From the NCBI GenBank assembly GCA_045837725.1, contig JBEWZL010000276.1, positions 372,001 through 436,000 on the forward strand: 64,000 nucleotides of DNA. The letters run 5' to 3'. This DNA is from Vermamoeba vermiformis. Lineage: Eukaryota. Made by a program: the position numbers and the translations under genes. Below, piece after piece: positions 53,301-64,000 of the stretch. Position 1 is the first letter of the stretch; every line of letters starts with the position of its first letter. Under the pieces are notes generated by a model that was given only the letters and a program-made list of their open reading frames with translations, made no database searches and had not been told where the DNA came from.

Positions 53301-53613
53301 ACAGGTTAATTTTCGCTATTAGTGCTTAAAAATAATATATGCTATTATTTTTTCGTGGTCATTTTTTGGACTTATCGTGTTTATGATAAATTTTTGATTT
53401 TCGTATTTTTCTGTTTTGATGCGCTGAAAATTTTACTTACAGCAGGGGCCGGGTTGACACCAGGAAAAGATGGCATACCAGCCAACGGGCATCGTAGAGC
53501 CCTTATTATAAAGGCTAAATTAGGCTGGATCAAGTAAAACAGATCTTTATCACTACTTACACCAACGAGCTTGCCAAAGCAAGTACAACCAAAATTACCG
53601 ATAAATATTTCAT
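50343..53613 (-). CDS. ELAPOR/EIG121 (KIAA1324)-like cysteine-rich type I membrane protein with MRH-like domains
   Basis: Signal peptide MKYLSVILVVLALASS. CTSSDYESFYSTC...LPC-AITCARGEYL, SWLLMGDRI, LVRPGYVSF, LSAGPHVLQW and ITIEGTTFAAESC. Cys-rich CxxC repeats, CNIVYNFRSSLAC, TM and a YQRL tail. Confidence 0.7.
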
Positions 53614-53721
53614 GATTAACGTATTATACTATATTTCTATAATATAACGCGTGTTTAGTCGGCAAGAAACAAAAAACAAAATGTTTTTCCTTGTCTTTTA
53701 CAAAGCACCTCACGCAACAAG

Positions 53722-54534
53722 ATGACAGAACACGTGCTATCAAAATTAGAACTGTGGGACTCACCCAGCACATTATAATTCGATCACTTATACCACTGCA
53801 TCCAACAACACGACTTGCTCAAAACTATTATTGCTTCTGTTATTGAACACGTCGTATCAAATCTTCCTTCGAAGATTCCATCACCAATTCCTCATATTGA
53901 ACAACATATATTTGATATGCAGAGTTTCAAGTGAGTATGGTGCCTTGAAAAGGATAATCGACGACGAAGAGGGAGCCAGCAACATGACGCCCCGCCGAGG
54001 AGCCGGACCACCCCCCAAGCAGCGCGCCCGCAAGCCACGGCGCCGGGGCCCCAGAAATATATTTTGTTTGAAGAGTTTCAAGTGAGTATTGTGCTTGAAA
54101 AGGATTTTTGAAATTTTATTGATCGAGATCCAATTTTGAATTAACTTTGACTCGAGCATCCATTAGCTTATAAATCATAAATATTCAAGGGATTAATTAT
54201 TCATTTGCAAAGACATTACAAGTTTGAAAAAACACCGTCACCAGATGGAGCCGCAGACAGCCTCACAGTTACATACGCGTTTGAAGGCGACAATAGTACA
54301 GAAAGAATATCAGGCCATTATAAATGCTGTTTTGAAGAGGTCGATCGCCTAGAAAGTTTTCAATCTGGTCAGATCTGGAGAAACGTGTTCCAAGTGAAGC
54401 TAGAGGAGTCAAACAAAATATATAAGCTGATCATTAAAGATACAGCAGCCCATGGCAATATTAAAGATAAAGCAAAAACAGGAACGGAATATGTGTTGAC
54501 CGAGACGGATTTACCTACCCCGATGAACAAATAG
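53722..54534 (+). pseudogene. Two-exon uncharacterised gene with an in-frame TAA at 53776-53778
   Basis: The frame from ATG 53722 stays open past a single TAA to a phase-2 donor (gtgagt at 53931). It joins in frame to the acceptor at 54212 and ORF 54205-54534. Confidence 0.4.
53921..54105. repeat. Imperfect 34/35-nt direct repeat flanking a GC-rich ~115-nt segment
   Basis: AGAGTTTCAAGTGAGTATGGTGCCTTGAAAAGGAT (53921-53955) and AGAGTTTCAAGTGAGTATTGTGCTTGAAAAGGAT (54072-54105). Confidence 0.85.
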
Positions 54535-54684
54535 AATAAAAGGCTTGCTTTACGCGTCACTACAAACCTATTTGCATATTATTATTAATTTATTCTTTTT
54601 TTACACGTGCGTGGGGTTGGTCCGCTAAACTCCAAAAACACAATCGATTTTATTTTATTGCCACTTCAAAGCAAGAGAACAGCC

Positions 54685-56553
<1,869 letters not shown>

Positions 56554-57179
56554 GACGATGGCAATAGCTCTTATTTGCTCACTCGGTAATCTTATTTAAA
56601 TATGAATAGTTTTTCGGATCTGCGTCGAACGACAGACTTTCTTTTTGACTTGCCTTATTTTAATATTGCATTGTAACTATATGAATAAATCTTTAATTGA
56701 AAAATTACGTTGGAGAACGTCGTTCGGACCAGGCAATTTCAGCGATTACTGGTAAAAATCGATTACCATGAAATAACCGAAGAGACCTTGCTCTTGTGCA
56801 AAATTGACCGAAATTGCCGTAATATCGGCGAATGTCAGCTCAAGAACGAAAAAGAATACGCGATGTGCGATCATGAAATTATTGCAAACTCTTAACGCTC
56901 ACGTGGATCATGGAAGCGTGATGGAGCTGGGCATGGTTTACGTTAATGGCACACATTTGTCATTAATGAACGAATGTGCAAGCGTACTGGAAGTAGACGC
57001 GTGATACACCAGGTATTCATTAACGGCAGGAAATTTAAGCTCCGATTTTGCCATAAAAGGAATTTCCGAAAACGAAAAAAACCCGTTCATGAAATTCTAA
57101 GGGTGGCCATTATATTCAGGCATTCCAATCTCTCCGCGATTACCGGTGGCCATAGAATGCATAAAACTATGTTTGTCCA

Positions 57180-60100
57180 ATGAATACGAAGGTAAGAGAT
57201 GTTTATTTTGTCCATGACACGATGTTAAGTCTACTGAAAGGGGTTGTAAGTTCATTTTGAAGTCATAATACAGCTCGTAGTGGTTGTAATTAATGTTTAC
57301 GTTCCATTATTTCGCAATTTAATGCTGTGGAAACAAAAATACGACCGCAATCAAGCAGATCTTGGCTTTAATATCCGTTAGAGTTTATATTATTATTATT
57401 AAATTATATTGACAAGTTACATAAATATATATACGTACATATACTGGGTTGTCAATAGTTTAGAAAGCTAAGCAATGCCAATTTCAATTGCTTGCTGCAT
57501 TCACTGAATAGTTCCAACATTGCTGTAGAATCAATAAATCGATACTAATCTTGATTAATAGGATGCCCTGCCCCAAAGAGATGTAGGAAACGGTGGAAAA
57601 ATGGATATATTAAGCGTACAACCGCAATTGGACTCGAAAAAACGAGATTTAAGAAAATCCGGCTCAGGTCCCCGCGGATTCGTTCAACCAATGGAAAATA
57701 ACCAATCAATAATTGTTTCAAATCTTATGCCATCAATATCCCCTTCTGTACCAATCAAATCCATGCCGCAAACGATCAACACAACCACAATTCAACTACC
57801 GAGCTCTACACCAACTTCACCAAGAGCGTCACCGATAGTACCACGAAAATCACATAATACGCCCGCACCACCCCCTCAAAACGCTTCAACAGCCTTGGAT
57901 TCGTTAGCATCCACTGCTGTCGCCCAACTGCAAGCTTCCAAATACCCTAACCAATTCACCCGCACCCCCGTCATCACCAATATGGCTAAAGTGCCTCCTC
58001 AAACCCGAATTGTAAGTCTTTGTTGCCTTTCAAGTCCGACCGAAACTTTCCGATCCCTTCGAATTGTCCGATCTGTACTGACAAACTAACGCGTCCTTTA
58101 ATAGACCATCGATGTAAATACTCCTCTTATTGCCGCTAAGCCCCAATTGGTCCCCTCTCCCCACTCATCCAATGTAATCCCACCCTTAACAAACACTCCA
58201 AACGTAGTCCAACCCCCTGTACAGTCAGTTGCCTCTATCATGGCGAGGAGGTCGCCCAATCTACCCCGAAGGAACGTTCCGGCGCCCAAGATCCAGGATG
58301 AGAGCAATCCATCCAAGCCGTCATCATTGCGCTCTTCATTTGGCGCACAGAACAGGACCACTTCCGTTGGATCGGATCCGAACAGTGTCAAGGCCTGCAT
58401 GGGTTACAGTGGTAAGTACCTTACACGCTATTCGCCGATATTGCCTCGGCCAATTGACGTGTAAATTCCGTTTGTCGGAAAGAATATGTACTAATATGGG
58501 TTGTTACAGAATATTTTAAAAAGCTGGAGTTAATCTTACGACAAATGCCCGAAGGAGCCATTAATTGCCCTAACGCAAGCCACGAAACTCCATTGATTTC
58601 TTATCTTTCCGGAAAGCAGCTTGGGAGTAAGGATCGAGCACGTCGGATTGCCGCATCCAGTCCGTTAAGTAACTTTTTTAATTTAGGCGAAAAAGACAAG
58701 CTAAACTACGAAGTTGTGCTGCTCTTGGCATCGTACGGTGCCGATCCTAATTACGTAACGCCCGAAGGTACGGAACAATAGTTTGCACACAGGTACCAGA
58801 GATCTAATTTTATTCAACCTTTTTAGGCAAAACCGCTCTTCATTATGCATTCGAATACATTCAGCCCATTCAAAGCTGGGGCAAGGAATGCCTGTATGGT
58901 AAGACATCGCGCGATAACAAAAATCGTTCGTGAACGGGATCCCTGATAATCAAATTCAATTTCAAAGGTCAAGAAATAGTGCTGGCGCTTATTGAAAATG
59001 GTGCCAAAATGGATTGGTTTCAGTCCGAGGGCCCTTTCACCACGAACCTTAAGCGAAAAGAAGAGCTGTCTCAAGTGTTTCAGTACTGTAAGTGAACGTG
59101 CTTCTGTCTTTCATGAACACTTTTCTGACATCTTTTAGATGCTAAGCCGTACTTTGATCTAGAAGAGCCTGTCGATATTCGGATAGACGAAGATCTAGAA
59201 CTTTCCGCAAAGAAAGATCTCGGATCACTAAAAGCTGGGACTTACTGGAGGCGAGGAAAGATCATCGAGAAGATCGATGAGCAGAATTTCAACGTAGTTC
59301 TTTTCAACGGAGTTGAATACGAAAAGTAAGTTCGATCCGGATCGCGGTTAATTAGCGTGTTCTAACAAGTCTTATAGGGACTCTATAACTGTAAATAAGA
59401 ATCAACTCAGAAAACAACGAATACTTACCAGTGGCTACCATTTTCGACCTGACGATAAAGCCGAGTTTTTGTACAAAGAGAGGTAAGTGCAGTGCAACAG
59501 CGTGTGTGACTAAGGTACTAACCTTTCTTGTCCAGTGTTTGGATTCCCTGTACTATACTTTCCATTCCGACCACTCAATTGCGTCAAGGCTTTACCGTCA
59601 AGCTCGCGAATGACATCATCTGGCGGCAGTGTTCCAAGTTCAAGCTCTCTTCAGCCCCGAAAGGCAAGTCCATCTCCCTTGCCAAGCACGTAACATCTGT
59701 TCCTAATTATATGCTACGTACAGAGAGCTGGCAAGAAAACTTGGATAGCCTGCTGCCGTGCTACGGTATGAAGCAAAACAAGCGAAGCAGAACTGAGAGC
59801 AAGACGTTCAGCGAGAGTTTAGAAGAGCGGCCTTGGGAGCCTTACAACGACTTGGAGAAGTCTCTCGCTGTCAAAGGGCTGAAGCCATCGCTAGAGGAAG
59901 ACAGCTACGATGAAAGCGATAGATTCTCGTACTGCGAGCCCCCGTCACCGTGTAAGTTGTGCTCTGTGAATAAGAAAATCTTCAAATTTAATTAACTTTC
60001 TACCTTTAGTACCCGTGCAAGGACCGCGGCCAGGTATGAAGGTACCAACCGAGTCCGCAGATGGTGTATATATCAAAAAAGAAGAGGAGTCAGCAGCAAC

Positions 60101-60554
60101 GTGTCCTTCGCCGCGTCAACATCGCAAGAGATCCTTTCAAGCAATGATGGAGGGCAATGAGGGCACCAGTTTAGAAGAGCTCGAGACTGTGAAAAGAATG
60201 CGCCTCATGGCTGACGCAAGCAAGGACAAGAGCGAAGTTTTGGCGACGCTGAAGAAGACCATTAACGATAGCGAAACGTCCATCAAAGCAATCAAGAGCA
60301 AGATCGTCGAAGTTGAAACGGAGATCTCCAAGCAAGGAGATAGCATCGCGCAAGTAGACCTATCTCTCAAACAACTAGAGGTGGAATATCTCGAGCGCAA
60401 AAAAGCTCTTGAAGCCAAAAAATTCGAATTGAGCGCGGATCAGATGTCCAAAAAGCAGTCGCTTAAAACTCACCAGGATTTGCTCTTGCGCCTCAATTTT
60501 GACCTAAGAACGAACAATGAACTCTTGCAGCAGTTCGAAAATGATAAAAATTAA
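57180..60554 (+). CDS. Pro/Ser-rich + ankyrin + tandem Tudor/Agenet-like + coiled-coil protein
   Basis: Ankyrin VVLLLASYGADPN...GKTALHYA. Tudor/Agenet-like YWRRGKIIEKIDEQNFNVVL and AEFLYKESVWIPCTIL. C-terminal heptad region. Start inferred from ATGAATACGAAG/gtaag. Confidence 0.55.
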
Positions 60555-60818
60555 AAATTACCTGTACATTCAAAAAACCGACTTGGATCTGGTCGTAAAT
60601 AAAAAGATCAACTTGTATAATAGTATCTTTTGGTTGATAATACCTTTTGCAGTTTCATAACGTTCCTACCGCGATTACATTACAAATGAGCCAATCGTAT
60701 CGCAGTAAAATCTTTTTGATTTGTGTGACATGACGCGTCATAAGTTCCTTGACGTTTTTTTTTTCATTTCAAATCTTTTTTGAATCAAGCAAAGCACAAA
60801 AGGGTTCGCATCGCAGTC

Positions 60819-63695
60819 ATGATTCGTGCGACTCAGCAAGCTACATTATTTGTCGCGTTGCTCGCCTTTGTACACTTGTCAGGTAACGATCAGATGAGTT
60901 TTTAAGGATTAATCGATAACTTTAAAAAAAGATATTGTACGTTAAATAGATATGCATACAATTAACCTTACCTGATTCTAGTGTCGATAAACCCAATTAA
61001 GTTGATTCAAGTTAATGGAACTCCGTTCAACGCGCCTATCGCTCCGGAACATCACGAGCCCTCCGGAACTCTTTTATTGAGTGTCAACTATCCTAATGGT
61101 AATCCTTATGTATTTGAGAGAGTCCTCTTCAATGGCTCTCACGTTCCATTTTCAACACTCTCTGGACTGGGAAACGAGATCAAAATGGCTTCCGTTCGCT
61201 CTATTCATGTCCAGTCATTGGCTCAAGGCTTCCAAGTCGGAGATATGTTCACGGGCAACGGCAATGACGGAGAAGTCCTCAAGATCGCAACGAACCCGGA
61301 TGGCAAGGATGGAACAATCACCCAAACTTGGGTCAAGTTAACTGCTCCTGGAGTGTAAGCGTTTATTGTATTATTGCTATTGAGCTAATTCATTTTTAGA
61401 TCTTCAGTCGGTCTTCTTCGTGGTGGTTTAAACTTTGATCACACCGGCGATTGGAACGGAGATCTCCTTGTTTCAACTACCGGAGGCTACGTCTTCCGCG
61501 TTTCTGCTTCCCGTCAAGTAACTCTTATTGCTAGCAACACTAACTATGAACTCGAGGTAGGCTAATTTCGAAATATAAAAACAATCAGTTTTGAAGTTTG
61601 ACACGTGTCATAGGGAATCATCACCATCCCCAACAACAGAACCAAGTACGGAGATCTCGCTGGTGCTATTTTGACCGGAACTACGAGCTCAAACAGCATT
61701 CTTTGCGCTTTCTATAAGGACGGCTCGACCAAGACCTGGACCGTCAAACCCTTCGGCAAGGACCACGCTTGGGAAGACTTCGACTTCGTAGTCCCTTACA
61801 ATAACTTCTTCGGCATTGATTACGGTAGCAACAGAATGTTAGCCGCCAAGGCCTCTGATTGGAAGGGATTGGAAGACGAGATTGTTGTCACTGAAGAGTA
61901 CTACGTGAGCGATAGCTGCCGATCGTCGTTGTACATCCTCGGCTGGGCCAACAACGCCCCTTCAGTGGAGTGCATCCCTGTCACTTCTGACTCGATGAAC
62001 GTCGTTCATTGGGAGCACGTGACATTCTCAAGCTCTGGCATCAACAACATTCCTCCTTCATTCGATGTCTGCTACGTCGGTTACAGCAGCGGAAGCGAGT
62101 TCCAAGCACGACCTTATCCTCTTGCTGCTGGCACTTTGCCTTCAGTTCTCTACGGCTACAACACTGCCGCTGCCTACAGTCCTAACCCTCACGCTGAGTT
62201 GGCTGACAACGCCGTTCCCAAGCCTCAAAAGGACAGTGTCGTGATGTACTTCTCAATGACTGACACCAATCAGCTCTATTTGACTGTTCTTGTCGACTCT
62301 CCTACCGACGGCACTGCTGGCGAGCTGACCTTGTCAATCACTTCACCGTCCTTCCCCGACGCTCAGACCACCGTTCTTTTGTCCGACGACCCGACTAACG
62401 CTAACATTCCTGCACCCACTGACTTTACCGACAAGTTCAACTGGCAAGATGGCACTGGTTTGTTCCAATTCAAGTGGGGCAACAACACCGCTGACGGTGT
62501 CATTCTCGGTCCGATGCCTTTGTTCGACATTCCCAACTTGGAACGTGGCTATTGCTTGAAACCAAAGATCTTGAGCCAAGTTGGCATCACTAATTTGGTT
62601 GTGGCCGATTACTTCGTCACCGACTCTGGTTCTGTATTCTACACGAGTGTCTCAATGGAGGACTCCGAGATCTGTGTGTATCGCTGCGACAAGTTCTGTT
62701 TCTTGTTCAACTCGTGTGGTCTTTGCAACCTGAACCCCAAGTGCAACTGGTGTGGCAACTACACTGACGGTCAATGCACTGACAAGTCTTCCACCACTGC
62801 TTGCGCTGTTCAAGACGTCGCTAAAACTTGCCCGTGCTCCGACTACGCTTTCTTGGGTTGCGATACGTGCAACAGCGTTCCTGGATGCGAGTGGTGCTGC
62901 GCTGGTGCGAACAGCACTTGTGCCTCTTTGGCCGACAATTCAACCTGCCCTGGCAAGTTCATCGACACCGCTTGCAACGACTTGAACGGTTGCAAGTCAA
63001 CAGACTTCTTGACGGGCTGCATCAACGGCGGTACTTGCACTTGTGGTGTTTGCAACTGTCCTCCTGGTCTTGCTGGTGATCATTGCGAGTTCACTCTCGA
63101 TTGTGCTGGTGTACCCAACGGCAACAACACTTTGAACGCTTGTGGCTTGTGCAACTCAACTGACTTATCATGCATCGGTTGTGATGGCAAACCATTCGGC
63201 ATCAATTACTACGATGAGTGTGGTGTTTGTGGTGGTGATGGAAGCTCGTGCTATAGCCCATGCAACTACACCCTCTGTACTCAATGCATTGCCAACGAAG
63301 CATGCTACTGGTGCTACTTGGATCAGAAGTGTATCTCACCTTTGTACGTCTCACGAAACGAGACTTGCACTCAAAAGGACGATCAACCTGCTGAAGGAGA
63401 GAAGGAGTGCCGCTTGCCCCCTGAAGCCGTTATCGGTTTGACAGCAGGTGCTATTGCCGGTATCGTTATTGGTGTTGCCGTGGCTGTCGGTCTTATCACT
63501 TGTAAGTAGCGGATCTACTCGAGATACAATCTCCGTAATGACTTGAAATTGACATACAATATTCTAGTCGGTGCTGCTAAGGGTACAGTGGACTACTATC
63601 GCAGAAGAAACGCCAACTTGGCTGCCGCTGTGGTTAGTCCGATCTACAAAGATCCAGTACAAGGAGGCAACAACGTTTTGTACCAGCCAAAGTAG
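60819..63695 (+). CDS. Type I adhesion-like membrane protein (beta-propeller-like N-terminus, PSI/EGF-like Cys repeats, GxxxG TM, tandem NPxY-like tail); Sib/integrin-beta-like
   Basis: Signal peptide exon. CxWC repeats, CINGGTCTCGVCNCPPGLAGDHC and DECGVCGGDGSSC. TM AGAIAGIVIGVAVAVG. Tail VSPIYKDPVQGGNNVLYQPK. Confidence 0.8.
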
Positions 63696-63901
63696 ACTCA
63701 TAATTGATGTGCGTAGAAAAATATTTGTAGGATTTGGTAAATAGTGTTTTTATTTCTCAAGCAGCGTAGTCGTGCTGGAATGCAAGTTAGATCTGCGTTC
63801 CGATTTTTTTCTGATAGGTCAGTCCTCATACTAATACGGCACCGGTTGTTTTTCGATCAATCAATTTACACAACCAGAACAATCGCGCTACAACCGTTAT
63901 C

Positions 63902-63953
63902 ATGGAACGCTTTTGCGCTATTTGCTGCCTGCTACTTTTGGCGCAGGTCGTGG
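63902..63953 (+). CDS. First exon (signal peptide) of a gene continuing past the window
   Basis: MERFCAICCLLLLAQVV followed by a gtacgt donor. Confidence 0.5.
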
Positions 63954-64000
63954 GTACGTACCAGCCGCAATATTCACCTAATTATAAGATCATAATAACT

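Noticed and set aside
3874-53778. Stop-codon reassignment suggested by in-frame TAG/TAA at ~3904, 26350 and 53776
   Set aside because: TAA, TAG and TGA all terminate well-defined genes here (for example DAO SKL-TAA), and conserved domains contain no internal stops.
53921-54105. CRISPR-like repeat (GTTTCAA...TTGAAAAG)
   Set aside because: Only two copies, a ~115-nt spacer, no cas genes and a eukaryotic context. The repeat coincides with an exon end and splice donor.
56710-57183. Short ORFs between the CAMK and ankyrin-Tudor genes
   Set aside because: Non-ATG starts, no consistent splice pattern and no motifs.

Overview
Eukaryotic, gene-dense genomic DNA. It has short (mostly ~40-70 nt) GT-AG introns with CTAAC/CTAAT-type branch points and short AT-rich intergenic gaps. 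The gene content (Sib/integrin-beta-like tail protein, C2-arrestin, Entamoeba-TMK-like receptor kinase, ankyrin/F-box protein) suggests a free-living amoeba or similar protist; this is inference. About 25 protein-coding genes were reconstructed by hand-splicing, and all homology calls come from remembered motifs, not database searches. Recognisable genes include DAO, a Treslin/Sld3-like gene, a GARNL3-like RapGAP-CNH gene, RPA34, a macrodomain protein, an S10 carboxypeptidase, Mpv17, an ELAPOR-like gene and a CAMK. Highlights: (1) a head-to-head pair of small 4-TM proteins with the innexin/pannexin/LRRC8 cysteine topology (41757-44099); (2) a TROVE + E2 + F-box + unknown domain + TerD fusion gene (26566-31234), divergent from a Crinkler-like NTPase/REase gene; (3) an intronic tRNA-like gene with a ~65-nt highly structured insert in its anticodon loop (17934-18069); (4) a kelch + Ig receptor kinase. 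Eight apparent single-base +1 frameshifts interrupt otherwise intact genes and are most likely long-read insertion errors.
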